Shown in pieces: positions 25,001-37,438 of a stretch of 64,000 nucleotides of DNA. Positions within the stretch are counted from its first letter, which is position 1. Every line of letters begins with the position of its first letter. A program made the position numbers and the translations under genes. Origin of the DNA: Felis catus. Taxonomy: Eukaryota. Under the pieces are notes generated by a model. The model was not told the DNA's origin. It made no database searches and saw only the letters and a program-made list of their open reading frames with translations. The stretch lies in assembly GCF_018350175.1 (NCBI RefSeq), contig NC_058368.1:185878001-185942000 (forward strand), read 5' to 3'.

Positions 25001-25805
25001 TGCAAAGACAATACACATATAACCAATAGGACATGAAAAGATGCTCAACATCACCAATCATTAGGGAAGCACAAATCAAAACTACAATGGGATACCATTT
25101 TTACATCCATTAGGATGTAGGCTATTATAAAAACAACAGAACAGGAATGAAAAATAACAGTTGTTAGCATGTGGAGAATTTGGAACTATTAGTCATTGCT
25201 GTTGGGGTTATAAAATGGTGCAGCCACTCAGAAAACAGTATGGCATTTCCTCAAAAATTAAAAGTAGGATTATCATATGATCCAGCAATTCCACTTCTGA
25301 GTATATACCCGAAAGAAGTAAAAGCAAAGACTTGAACATATGTTTGTCCACCCATGTATATAACAGCATATTGACAATAGCCAAAAGTCAGACACAACCC
25401 AAGTTCTTAATCAATGGATGAAAGGATAAATGAGATGTGATACAGACATATGATGAAACATTATTCAGCCTTTAAAAGGAAAGTCTGACATGTTACAACA
25501 TGATGAACGTTGAAGACATTATACTAAGTAAGTCACAAAAGGTCAAATACTATATGATTCTATTTATATGAAATACCTAGGGTAGGCAAATTCATGGAAA
25601 CAGTAGTTGCCAGAGACTAGAGTGATGGAGCGAATCGGGAGTTATTATTTAATGGATACAGGGTTTGAGTTGTGGAAGATAAAAAATGTTCTAGAGTGAT
25701 GGTTGCACAACAATGTGAATGTACTCAAAGTAGATTTTTAAATGGCTAAAATGATAAATATTATGTTATGCGTATTTTGCCACTTTTTTTAAAGTAAAAA
25801 AAAAA
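22047..25805 (+). mobile_element. 5'-truncated LINE-1 (L1MB-like): decayed ORF2 plus 3' UTR
   Basis: HGIFSRIDHML (endonuclease end, about 22230), FYEASIT..PKP, LFADD RT motif at about 23640, C-terminal region, L1MB-type 3' UTR, A-tail; many frameshifts. Confidence 0.95.
24212..24428 (+). mobile_element. CanSINE inserted in L1
   Basis: TSD AAGCTA(T/C)AGTAATCA (24197-24211, 24429-24443). Confidence 0.96.
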
Positions 25806-25807
25806 TG

Positions 25808-26000
25808 TAAGCAATCACCAAATCATCCTTGGTTTTTGACAACATGCAACCCAGAATTGGCCCTGGTTCCCTTAAATCTGCCATAGAATCAACTAGCACA
25901 ATCTCAAATCCTATTAGAAGTTTCACTCAAATCCTTTTACTGAAATGTCCCACCATTCCTTCATAGTGCTTTTTCCCTCCCTACAAGGTAAATAAATTAT
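25808..26000 (+). mobile_element. Possible LTR fragment
   Basis: Pyrimidine-rich LTR-like tract ending in AATAAA. Confidence 0.3.
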
Positions 26001-26589
26001 TCAAATATATATAATCAAAATTTAAATTAATATGAATATATGTATATATATAAAGTATATATAAAGTGAATCCACCATTTAAAGAATTTTTGCTGTGAAT
26101 TATTTTTATAATAGAGACTCTTGCTACAGCACATATATAATGCCAAATATTTCATTTAGAGTAGCATTAAGTTAAAATTTCTTACGTAGATTTTCATTAA
26201 ACAGCCATGGAAACCTGAATCCACAAAACTCATCCCCTCACCCCTCAGTAAGGTCAACAATTATTGGTGCTGCTTCTCCTGCAGACTCTCAACACACATG
26301 CACTACTAGCTTAAGTTTTCACTCTACCTCACATGTTACCCATGACACAAATTAGATGCCAGAACTATAATTTTGATCCATAGCATGCAAGATTGATCTT
26401 GTGGAATATTTTGTGCCATAGCTGTGAAAGTACAAATATGCATTAGTGAACATGAATAAAACTATAATAATGACTATAAAAATAATAATAACTATAATAA
26501 TCTAGATAACAATTTATTCATCAGAATGTCCTTCTTAATCTTATTTACAGCAAGGATAGCAAATCAGCTTCAATTCCTATCTCCATCCT

Positions 26590-26722
26590 GATTACATTGA
26601 GATTGTAAGCTCATTTTCTCTAGGGCACTGCTCCTAAAATCAGTGGTTATTAATATGCCCGCTATGTAGAAGATGCTCAACAAATGTTTTTTGAATGGAT
26701 GCGTGGATGGATGGATGGGTGA
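26590..26722 (+). mobile_element. L2 3' end
   Basis: gattgtaagctc..atgctcaacaaatgttttttgaatggatg. Confidence 0.65.
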
Positions 26723-26865
26723 TGTTTAACAGAAAATTGTCTTGAGAAAGAGATATTTTTTTTTAGGCCCTCCTCTAGCCTCAGTGTAAAAGAGTGACCT
26801 TACCTCTTACCTCACAGACAGAAATAGTGAAATTTTCACCCCACGCATTTGTCAAATTTGTAGAG

Positions 26866-27030
26866 CATTGCTTTTCCAACACATATGTACAGGCAGATAA
26901 CTTGGAGATCCTATTAGAATGTAGATTCTGAATCAGTAGGACTGGGATGGAACCCAAATTCTGTTGATCTAACAAGTTACCATGGGATTCTGATGTTGCT
27001 GGTTTTCAGGCAACACTTGAGTATCACAGA
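26866..27030. mobile_element. MER5-type hAT MITE
   Basis: aatgtagattctgaatcagtaggactgggatgg..tctaacaag..gattctgatgttgctgg..acacttgagta. Confidence 0.75.
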
Positions 27031-27041
27031 GCTAGACTGAA

Positions 27042-27165
27042 CAGTGGTCCTTGCTAAAACCCAGATTGTCTCGCCCACAGAGTTTCTGACTCACTAAATC
27101 TGCAGTGGAGCCTGATAATTTGCATTTCTAAGAAGTTACTAGCTGATTCTAATGCTGCCTTATCC
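27042..27165. mobile_element. Second MER5-type fragment
   Basis: cagagtttctgactcactaaatctg..aatttgcatttctaagaag..tgattctaatgctgc. Confidence 0.7.
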
Positions 27166-27358
27166 CACATTACCACCACTGATGCAGACTATTCTCCTCC
27201 CCCACACCCCCTGTAATGATACATGAACTGACAGGTTTTATGGCATATTAAGTCACCTTGCATTTTACAACCCCACTTGGGTTATTTCCAATTGCTGGTG
27301 CTTCCTTTTGCAGCATTCCAGAAAGAACCCTGGACTGTGATCTATTTAAAATATTTCT

Positions 27359-27577
27359 GGGGCGCCTGGGTGGCTCATGTGGTTAAGCCTCTGACTTCCG
27401 CTCAGGTCATGATCGCATCGTTTCTGGGTTTGAGCCCCACATCGGTCTCTTTGTTAACAGCTCAGAGCCTGGAGCCTGTTTCGGATTCTGTGTCTCTTCC
27501 TCTATCTGCCCGCCCCCTCCCCTCACCCCATGCTCATGCTCTGTCTCTTAATAATAAATAAATGTTAAAACAAAATT
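27359..27577 (+). mobile_element. CanSINE
   Basis: Full body; flanks share AATATTTCT. Confidence 0.95.
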
Positions 27578-27703
27578 TTTAATATTTCTAAGAAAGCAAT
27601 GACGTTTGCAAAATAACTACTGGTATATGTCTTGGGGGATGAAGAGAATTATTTTCTCCCTACCTCACATAGTTAAATACTACAGACATTCTCTGGGGGT
27701 TTT

Positions 27704-27922
27704 TTCAATTTTTTTTTCAACGTTTTTATTTATTTTGGGGACAGAGAGAGACAGAGCATGAACGGGGGAGGGGCAGAGAGAGAGGGAGACACAGAATGGG
27801 AAACAGGCTCCAGGCTCCGAGCCATTAGCCCAGAGCCTGACGCGGGGCTCGAACTCACGGACCGCGAGATCGTGACCTGGCTGAAGTCGGACGCTTAACC
27901 GACTGCGCCACCCAGGCGCCCC
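27704..27922 (-). mobile_element. Young feline CanSINE (SINEC_Fc type)
   Basis: Near-identical to 9257-9482; flanks share GGGGTTTT. Confidence 0.97.
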
Positions 27923-28460
27923 ATGGGGTTTTAAGCTGACCAACCTGTCCCTGTAAAGAGAAAAACTACCTGATGTCTATAGACATGTGTCAGTCACAAC
28001 CCATGACACTTTTCCCTGGCTGAGAAGCTTAAACAAAACAAAACAGAGTTATGAGCATGATTGTATCTGGCAAGTATCCATAATGAGCTATCTACAGCTG
28101 AGCTGAGGTATTGACTAACATTTTAGAAAGTTTCATTTATCACTCTCCTATGAACTGTGAAATCGCTTTCAGAATTTGGTGAATCTAGTTCTGTAATTTA
28201 TCATTTATCACCATGACATTGGGAAAACACTGTGCCATTTGAGTCCCCAGAAAATATATTACAAAGAAAAGGAGAATCTGATGATTTCTGAGAGTGTAAT
28301 TTGCATACGTCAAGAGAAATAAACAAGCTCAAAACCCAGAAAGCAAAGGGTTGAAATGCCTAAGACTTGTCAAACGTGGTGTTTATAATAGAACAATTAA
28401 TCTCGAATGAAAAGAAATCATCTGACTTTCGAGAAATACAGTTCTGCTCTGTGTTACCAG

Positions 28461-28822
28461 TGTTAAAAGACAAACGGAGGCACATTAAAATTTTCATGAC
28501 CTTATTTGAACATATCCTGATTTGAGTTGAGCACCACCCAAAGCAAAAGTGGTTAGCAGTGCTTGCAGGACAGGAACTGGGGGCAAGGTTTTTATAGAGA
28601 GCTGAAGCAAAGCAAATAAATGAGTTGATTGGTTAAACTTAAACAGTTGCCTGATTTCGGAAAGCCTAGGTGCTTTTGTGATTGGTTGTTCTTAAGTTTT
28701 ACTTTCTCAGATTTAAGTGTGTTGATTCTAGCTTAGGTTTTGGTTTGTTTACATAGATTAGTTACCAGGGCATTAGAGCCACCAGGGTCTGATAGCCTCC
28801 TTGTTTAAATACTTCAATAACA
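28461..28822 (-). mobile_element. Solo ERV1-class LTR
   Basis: TGTTA...TAACA termini; antisense TATA (tttttatag) and two antisense CCAAT boxes (gattggtt); no clean TSD. Confidence 0.65.
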
Positions 28823-28870
28823 TCAATTTGATTTCAGAAACTCATTCTATGACTTATAAAATAGCTTTAA

Positions 28871-29057
28871 CGTGTATTTAGTTTTGAGACAGAGAGAGAC
28901 AGAGCATGAATGGGGGAGGGGGACACAGAATCGGAAGCAGGCTCCAGGCTCCGAGCTGTCAGCACAGAGCCTGATGTGGGGCTCGAACTCACCGACCGCA
29001 AGATCGTGACCTGAGCTGAAGTCGGCCGCTCAACCAACTGAGCCACCCAGGCGCCCC
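28871..29057 (-). mobile_element. CanSINE
   Basis: Perfect 15-bp TSD ATAAAATAGCTTTAA (28856-28870, 29058-29072). Confidence 0.96.
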
Positions 29058-29460
29058 ATAAAATAGCTTTAAATAGCCAAAAAATAAATAGTATATAAAT
29101 ACCTACAGTGAAGATGCTATATAGCTGGACTACAGAAAACATTTTGACTATAGACTATAGTTTTTTTTGAGGGCTGGGCCTATTCTTGATCCCAATTTTA
29201 TCTCAACATTTAGTAAAGTGTTGGTATGGGGTTGTTATATAAACTTCAGACAGCATAATTTCCTTTGGTATGCTTCACCTGTTCTGTGTACTGGACATTT
29301 GAAGGGCATCTCATAAAATGGAAAACACGATTTTGAGAAACATGACGAGTTATCTCATATTTTCCCCATTTGCTTGTGATTAAAAAAATATATTTAATAT
29401 ATTTTAATCAATGTGATGGATTAGTAAATGGGAAAACTGAGATTTAAAAATGTATCTTCT

Positions 29461-29642
29461 GCGACACCTGGGTGGCTTAGTCATTTGAGTGACTGAGTCT
29501 TCATTTTGGCTCAGGTCATGAACTCAGGATTGTGAGATAAAGCCCCGCATGCCCAGCATGGAGCCTGCTTAAGATTCTCTCTCTCCTTCTGCTCCTCTCA
29601 CCTCAAAGAAATAATAATAATAATAAATAATAAATAAATAAA
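29461..29642 (+). mobile_element. CanSINE (older type)
   Basis: cacctgggtggcttagtc head; (TAA)n/(TAAA)n tail. Confidence 0.9.
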
Positions 29643-29651
29643 TCTTTGTAT

Positions 29652-29854
29652 TAAAAAAGTGATTTATTTTGAGAAAGAGAGAGTGCATGCGCATGAACAG
29701 GGGTAGAGGCACAGAGAAAGGAGAGAGAATCCCAAGCAGGCTCCACACTGTCAGTGCAGAGCCCCACATGGGGCTTGATCCATGAACCATGAGATCATGA
29801 CCTGAGCTGAAATCAGGAGTCAGACACTTAACCAACTGAGCCACACAGGTGCCC
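29652..29854 (-). mobile_element. CanSINE
   Basis: Full body, tail-to-tail with the preceding SINE. Confidence 0.93.
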
Positions 29855-29990
29855 TAGATCTTCTGATTATATACACAGAATTTTCTTTGCAAAATTATAC
29901 ATTTAAAAAAAGCCTGAAAAGTTCAGATTTTTCTCAAAAGGAAATTCTTCCTTGAAATCTTAACTAACTTTCCACAATATCCCATAAGGT

Positions 29991-30069
<79 letters not shown>

Positions 30070-30170
30070 AAAGAAAGAAAAGAAAGAAAAGAAAGAAAAG
30101 AAAGAAAAGAAAGAAAAGAAAGAAAAGAAAGAAAAGAAAAGAAAAGAAAAGAAAGAAAAGAAGAAAGAGA
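29991..30170. repeat. Compound purine repeat: (AAAG)n, then (AAAGAAAAG)n, then (AAAAG)n
   Basis: Read directly; about 180 bp of pure A/G. Confidence 0.97.
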
Positions 30171-30819
30171 AATTGATTTGAAAATTATTAAGTATGATCA
30201 CCAGTGGTCTCAAGCACTGCATGTAGCATTGTCGAATAGCCAAATTAAACATTCCTGAGTTGTGGGTTCATTGCTTTGATAAGTATATATTTACTATTTC
30301 TGTTGTATGTTTTCTGTAATTAGTATAATTGCCATACTTTACACAGAGAAGGCAAATGTTCTTCAAAATGCTTCTCACTAAATCTTTACTCTTCTCAGAA
30401 GCATTCAGTGGCATACTGTCTTCAAAAACCTGGATGCTTAACAAATCAAATCACCTCATGTCTATGCCCAGTAGTCAAGATTCAGAGTCCTTCTTCAGTT
30501 ACCCTCTACCTTCTCAACCTATTTTCACCTCTTAAAGCATCCTTTATCTTAACAAAGCTTATAGACCCGTAACTTCACATTCTGTACATATATTCTTCTT
30601 CCTCAACGACATCACATACTCACTATTTATTTTGACCCCAGGTTAAAAACTTGCCCAATTTGAGATGAATTTCTTGAATCACTTAGTAGCGACTTTTGTT
30701 GTTTCCATAGCTTAGAATTTTGTAGCTTTCTTGGAAAATCCATACTCTGATTGCCAGTATGGAACTGAGCTCTTTCTTATTCTCAATCCATTTACTTCTG
30801 GTGAGTGTAGTAACACTGA

Positions 30820-31260
30820 ATGTGGTGATCTAGAAAGAAACCCTGGGAGAAGTAATAGTTGGTCTGAGGCCTGAATGATGAGAGCAGTCACTTCTATGTG
30901 AATTTAAGGAAAGCATTCCAGGCAGGAATGGAATTTGCAGTTTTGAGCAACTGAAAGACATAGTAGGTGAAGTATGTAATGAATGGTGGGAGACGAGTGG
31001 AAGATGAGGTTGAAGAAGTTTGCAGGATGAGACCCCAATAGGACTTTAAATGCATGGTGTTTGGATTTTGTGTGATGAGCACTGAAAGCTATTGGAAGAT
31101 TTAAACTAGAAAGCCTATATGACCAGACATATATTAAAAAAAAAAAAAACATTTTGGTGACTGAGGGAAGAATGTGCCAAAGGGTGTTGGTGTAAATCTG
31201 CTCTGTGAACATGGACAGACCCTTATTGGCATCTTCAGCTGTCAAATGGAGGTAACAGCT
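30820..31260 (-). mobile_element. L2 LINE fragment
   Basis: ggaaagcattccaggcag..gaagatgaggttgaaga..tttggatttt..gctattggaagatttaaa. Confidence 0.7.
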
Positions 31261-31566
31261 TCAGTGAATAAGGAATAAAATGGGTCTTTTATATGAGAAA
31301 AGTTTAGGCAAGAGTGTGATGAACAAATATACATATTAGAAAAAAATCTTGGGATTTTCAAGAAATCAAACAAGTAACAAATAATAGGAATAAGTTATTC
31401 AGAATAACAGAGGAACAAAGGAGAATAATATTTTCCACTGACTCACCTACCTAATTCATTGGTTTCCCTCATCCTTGTTTTTTTTCATTCTCTGACTTCA
31501 AGAGTTAGTTTTGGCTATTTCCTGCTGTCAGTGTCACCTACCTTATTTATTAAATTATTTATTAAA

Positions 31567-31782
31567 GGGGCACCTGATTGTCTCAGTGGGTTAAGCATCT
31601 GACTCTTGGTTTCGCCTCAGGTCCTCATCTCCGAGTTCCTGAATTTCAGTCCCACGTTAGGCTCTATGCCAACAGTGCAGAGCTTGGTTAGGATTCTCTC
31701 TCTCCCTTTCTCTCTGTCCTTCTCCTGCTTACACTCTATCTCTCTCAAAATCAATAAATAAGCTTAACATTTTTTTCAAAAA
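31567..31782 (+). mobile_element. CanSINE
   Basis: GGGGCACCTG head, (CT)-rich segment, AATAAA tail. Confidence 0.92.
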
Positions 31783-32505
31783 AATATTAATTAAATATGT
31801 TGGGAGACAAGTAGAGTGGAATGGTGAGTTAGAGACAAAAAGGAAGGCTAAAAACAACAGGGAAGAAAAATTATTGTGGTAACCTTTTAAAAAATGCTTG
31901 AGATATTCATCTGTCAATTTTATTAGATCACTGCACTTCTCCTTTGCTGCCCTCATTCATGAATCATCAATGGAACTTGCATGGCAAGGAGAAGTGAATG
32001 ATGCAGTCAAATTGATCTGCTTATGTAAGCTCATATTTTGTGAATTAAGAGTGAGATATTAATATAGGCTTTCTTTGACACTGTGCACAAGTGATGTACA
32101 AAGTATGAGTAGGGTATTTTTAAAAATTTACATGAATTTTGCATATTATTTTTAGCATTGAAGTCATTGTGTGTGAGAGAAATATTCAGGACAATAAATT
32201 TATATCTCTCTGTCTGAAAAAGAAAAGGGTGTGTTTCTCTAATGGGCACTTCTTATCTCTTAATGATCATTATTAATACAGGAAATTTTTCAAATTTTCT
32301 GTTCCCCCTTTTGGCACATGATTTTCAATCTGTCTTAACACAGTGAATTTGCAGTGTTATATAACCTAATTTAGATCCAAATGTAGAAACATTCCTTTGG
32401 CTTCAGATAATTCAATACTCCTCCAAATAATTTTCCATTTTATGTTAATATTTTGTTGCACAGGTAATAGATAAATGGATTTTCCTTATAAGAATTTTAA
32501 TTTGT

Positions 32506-32722
32506 GAGGTACCTGGGTGGCTCCGTCCAACTTTGGCTTCAGGTCATCATCTCACGGTTCGTGAGTTCGAGCCCTGCACTGGGTTCTGGGCTGATAGCCC
32601 AGAGCCTAGAGCCTATTTTGGAGTCTGTGTCTCCCTCTCTCTCTGTCCCTTCCCTGCTCATGTTCTCTCTCTTTCTCTCTCTCTCTCTCTCAAAAATAAA
32701 TAACAGTAAAACAACTTTAAAA
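32506..32722 (+). mobile_element. CanSINE
   Basis: Perfect 16-bp TSD AAGAATTTTAATTTGT (32490-32505, 32723-32738). Confidence 0.95.
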
Positions 32723-33519
32723 AAGAATTTTAATTTGTTTCTAAGGCTACAGGTTACTTCCCCCATTACCTACAATATTAGGCATTTCCTACACCTTGAG
32801 GTAACTACTTGTCGGTCAGTTTGGGAAAACTTCTAGCCATTTTTTATTTATATTTACACTCATGCATATTTATATAAATGAATATATAAATATAAATGAA
32901 TATTTATATTCATTTATATAAATATATCAATTCATAAAATATATAGTATTTTTCATATAAATGTTACCAATTTATACATATTGTCCTGGATTTTACTTTA
33001 ATTTAACACAGTATATTGGAAAATATTCCATATTTTCATACCAATTATTTTTTAGCTGTTATATATTTTACATGAATTTTTAATGGAAATAATTTGAATG
33101 CTTTTAAGTAGGAGAATTAATAAGTATTTTCTATTACTTTTCAGACCAAGATGGACTTACCTCCCTAAATAGAATTTCTGAAAAAAAAACCAGTTGTCAA
33201 GGAGAAATATCAAACTTAATGATTTGCTTCCCAGTAATATAATCCCAATGATAATGAATTATTTCAGGGTTCTAATTTAGATTTAAACATTTTTTTCTTT
33301 TATAATCTAGTCATGAGAGTGACCAAATGAAATATAATGAATTCTGCAGAACCTTAATTTCTTTATTTGTAGAATGGCTGTTCTATTAGATCTGCTGCCT
33401 TCATGGCATTATCATGAAGAAGCATTGGAATAGTAGATATGAAGCTAGAAAGTTATTACAGACTATACCAAAATAGCTAGTAGAAACACACATTTTTTTT
33501 TTTTTTGCTCTTTATCAAG

Positions 33520-33941
33520 TGAGTAGTTAAGCTATTGCTGCATTCCAAACCATCTCCAAACTCAGTGGCTTAAAATACATTTATTATTTTTCTTGCATTT
33601 GCATCATGTCTGGGGTTAGGGAGATCTAGACTGGTTTGGCTGAGCTGGCTTTCTTCTTTGTGACCCTCACTCTTTTAGACCATCAAGTTAGCTGATGCGT
33701 ATTCTTCTGTTGCTGAGAGCAAGCACGCAAAGTGAATGAAAAAAGGTAGGGTCTCTTGGGCCCTAGGCTCAGCATATGTACCCTGCTCTTCTGTCTTTTT
33801 CTGTTGGTCAAAGAAATCCCATAATAAAAAAAAGATGTCAAGAGTTAGACACATATATCATCCCTTTAGTATGAAGAAAGTCATGTAAGTGTGAATACAG
33901 GGAGAGGTGAATAATGGGGGCCAAATATGCAATCTACCATA
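33520..33941 (-). mobile_element. MaLR LTR (MLT1-type)
   Basis: gctattgctgc..aaaccatctccaaactcagtggcttaaaa..ttggtcaaag..gcaatctaccata. Confidence 0.75.
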
Positions 33942-33961
33942 GCAGGCTGGTTTTTCTTTCT

Positions 33962-34180
33962 TTTTTAATTTTTTTTTAATGTTTATTTATTTTTAGAGAC
34001 AGTGAGAGACCGAACATGAACAGGGGAGGGGCAGAGAGAGAGGGAGACACAGAATCAGAAGCAGACTCCGGGCTCCAAGCTGTCAGCACAGAGTCTGATG
34101 TGGGGCTTGAACTCACGAACTGTGAGATCATGACCTGAGCCGAAGTTGGATGATTAACCGACTGAGCCACCCAGGCACCC
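33962..34180 (-). mobile_element. CanSINE
   Basis: 15-bp TSD CTGGTTTTTCTTTCT (33947-33961, 34181-34195). Confidence 0.96.
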
Positions 34181-34989
34181 CTGGTTTTTCTTTCTATCTT
34201 AGTGTCTTCAAACTCCAATCATATCTTAACACACTTAAGGATATTTTATTTTCATAGGTTGATATACTGTTTTATACTTAGTAATTTAGCCTGTTTTGAA
34301 AAGAATTTCAACATCAAAAGATGACCACAAAATGAACATATATCAATATTTAATATATAATTCCACATAACACCTACTGTCATTTTATATAGCAGTAGTG
34401 GTATACTACTTGAGAAACCTTTCATCTATTAGCAAATCATAGAATGGTAAATACTAACATAAATGTCCTATTTTCTGAATTAGTCATAACTAATTCTTGG
34501 TCACAACTCAGCATCATCCTGGGCTATAGCTTAGAATATCTTCAAGAAGAAATAGTTAATATAATCATTATACTATCTCAAACATAACCTGTCTCAAATG
34601 CTAGATTGTCATCAGTTCATTGTTGAATTCTATGAAGGCACCAGATCTTCTCTTCAAACAAATTACATTTCTAGAGGGAAAAATATGCCTATGAGCCAAG
34701 TTGCTTTGTGAAAACACAGACAAAATGAAGAACATATGATAATTTGGTTCATAATTCATCTCCTTGAATAACAGTAAGACAGAGAACCTTTTCCAGATGG
34801 CAAAATGGTTGGAGTAGATACCTTTTTCCCTTCTTATAACACTTTGTAATTAAAATAGCTGAAAATATTTTCTTTCTGATAAGAATAATGAGAACATAAG
34901 ACAATCCTTTTCAACAGATTACTTGTCTGCCTTTCTATGTTTAAGTAGTATACAATCATGCTACATGATTAGGATACTTAGAAATAACC

Positions 34990-35736
34990 TGTGGAATATA
35001 CTGTTCTGGTTAGAAACGTAAGACTGAAACATTCTATAACCAGATCATTCTTAGCTCTTCATCCCACTAGACATATGCTAGGCCTGCAGCTATGAGCCCT
35101 ACAAAGATAAACTGAATCAAGAGTGGTTTGAAGATTGGTTTCCTAAAACGTGGACCAACTTTCTTAGTGATGGGTCTAGAAGAACTGTTTTATGCTGGTT
35201 CTCTGATGATCCTGTACAATATAAGCCACATAGGCAAGGCTCAACCACAACTGACATAACCCTTAGCAGAATGCCCTGTGAGCTTCCAGGACCAGGTAAA
35301 GATAAACAGTTTTGTGAGGAGTGGCTGCCAGACAATTTGTCACTTAATTCCTTATCATGAGGGAGGCTTTCATGGGGCAGTTTCTCATCTGTCTCTGTAA
35401 TTCTGATAGGGTAGGGAGCTTTCTGCCTTGTCCCCTTTTAGTTTATAACTGCAAACTACAAAATTGCTTAATTGCAGTGTGTAATTGACTCCTCAGAAAC
35501 AAGGTGTCCCATAACTCATTTGCATGTCATCTGGTCCCTTTTGCTTCAGTGTCATCCTGTGACATGGGGAGCTGACATCATTGCTGATCTTGTTATTGCT
35601 GTGTCTGTATAAGTAATAAATTGTGAACCTATTTAGGTTTAAATTTTCTTTACTAGGTGAATTTTTCAGCTTTCTTGAAAAATTTGTCCCCCTCCTTGGG
35701 CTGGTAAAGTCACAATGCTCTTTTGTAATAATGACA
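34990..35736 (+). mobile_element. Putative 5' LTR of an ERV-L provirus
   Basis: TG start, AATAAA at 35615-35620 after gagctgacatcattgctgatcttg, ends TGACA, directly followed by gag-like sequence; boundaries approximate. Confidence 0.6.
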
Positions 35737-37430
35737 ACTGGACTCCTTGTGTTTGTTGGTCAGGTATGGCACTGTGGAGGGTAGGAGTGGATATGGTTGC
35801 TAAAATGTTCAGTAACCACGGAAACAACTAGTTCTGAATAATTACCCCTGAGATGGCTGATGAGTTGCTTTGGTAGTTAGAATTAGAGATAAAGTAGGGA
35901 GAAGACTGTGAAGCTAATGAGAGTGTATGGTGGATGTTGCTCATTCTTCTGCACCACTGGCAAATCAATGGCACTTCCCTCCAACTAGTGGTTGTCAAAA
36001 GATGAAATACTTCCTGGAGTATTTCAGAGCAATTAGTTATTCAGAAAATAATTCTCTGCTCTTACAAGTACAGAAAGAGAGAAATTAGAAATCAATCTGG
36101 GCAAAAGCCTAGTGAGATTATAGAAATGTGACTCAGCTGGTTGGCAGATGAGGGAACTACACTAAGTTTGCTGGATAAGAAGGAATGGAATTCTCTTAGT
36201 TGGTTAATGATCAACTCTATGCCCTAAGCCACCCTAGCCACAACCACCTTCTTCAAAGACATAGACACAGAGGAAGAACATGTAAAAACAAATCAAGACT
36301 TACTAGAATGAGTTTTCACATACATATGAAGCAGTGGTCTGCCCAGGATGAGTTTTCATTTTGTGATAAGCACTCATGGAAGGAAGCCTGTAGGAGAAGC
36401 AATAACTTTTCTTAGAACCATTGTAACTCCAGCCTGGACTAATAATAGAGATTATGAACATCCAGATAATAAAATAGTCACCTAATAGATGATATTATCC
36501 CTCACTTTTAAGCCATGAGAAGGACACACAATTTGAATATTTAGAAATAGCAAAAGAAAATCCATAGCTAGCTTTGCAATCTCCTTTGGGCAAACAGGAG
36601 GCATGCCATGAGGATCTTAAACCCCTTTGGCTGAGAGGTATGTGCTATTTGGACCAGTGTAGACCTGATATTTTTGATGCCACCTTTCCAACTACATTTT
36701 ACTCTCTTCAAGAACACACAGGACTAGGTCAGAGACTAAAGTTACCAAAAGAGGACTAAAGGTCTTATTCACTGGTTAAGATGTGTTGAGGATTTTATGC
36801 TAACTAAGGGTGCCAAAACTTTTTAGTCGGGAAACACCTATGGGTGTGATTAAAAAAAATACATAATATGAAAAAAAGAAAACTCTGATTAGACAGTAAG
36901 CTGATTAGATTTGTAGGTGGGTCCTTTTGTGGAAGTACACAATCAGTAACTGGTAATGTTGCATATATTGTAGCATTTAGACGTGTTAAGGATGTGTAAT
37001 CTGCTCTTGATTGTAAGAAGTGTTTTGGATGGGGAAATAACATAATGACAGCAGAGACTGTGGAAGATTATTTAACTGGGATCCTGTAAGTCTTCCCTTG
37101 TCTAGTCATGTAGTTACTGTGAAACAGTATAGGATACAAGAGGGGCATGAATATGAGGCAATCATGACATTGATCAAGGTGCTAGTGGAGAAAGAGCTGC
37201 GTATAGAAACATTATCAACTTATAATAGCCTTGTGTGGCCACTGAATAATAGTACTATTTTTCAGCCAGGAAGTACATTGAGAATTAATTCAATACATAG
37301 TTGTTAATGTTTAAATGGGGGCTGGATCACCAGGCATTTGGCCTTAGTCCACTGCCTGGGATAGAGACAAATGATTTGGACTATTGGTGATGTGTTTGTA
37401 TCATTGGCAATGTTCATTTGCCCCTTAACC
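35737..37430 (+). mobile_element. ERV-L (class III) internal remnant: decayed gag and start of RT
   Basis: 36102: QKPSEIIEM*LSWLADEGTTLSLLDKKEW (ERV-L gag-like); 37077: WDPVSLPLSSHVVTVKQYRIQEGHEYEAIMTLIKVLVEKELRIETLSTYNSLVWPL resembles the ERV-L RT N-terminus (KQYRIPGG..SPFNSPIWPV). Confidence 0.8.
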
Positions 37431-37438
37431 ATCTCAAT

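Noticed and set aside
22047..25805. Active LINE-1
   Set aside because: 5'-truncated, with many stops and frameshifts, and interrupted by a SINE.
29923..30252. 109-aa F/S/L-rich ORF, and similar ICIC/YMYM and IYIY ORFs at 39314-39709 and 53289-53557
   Set aside because: Translations of microsatellites.
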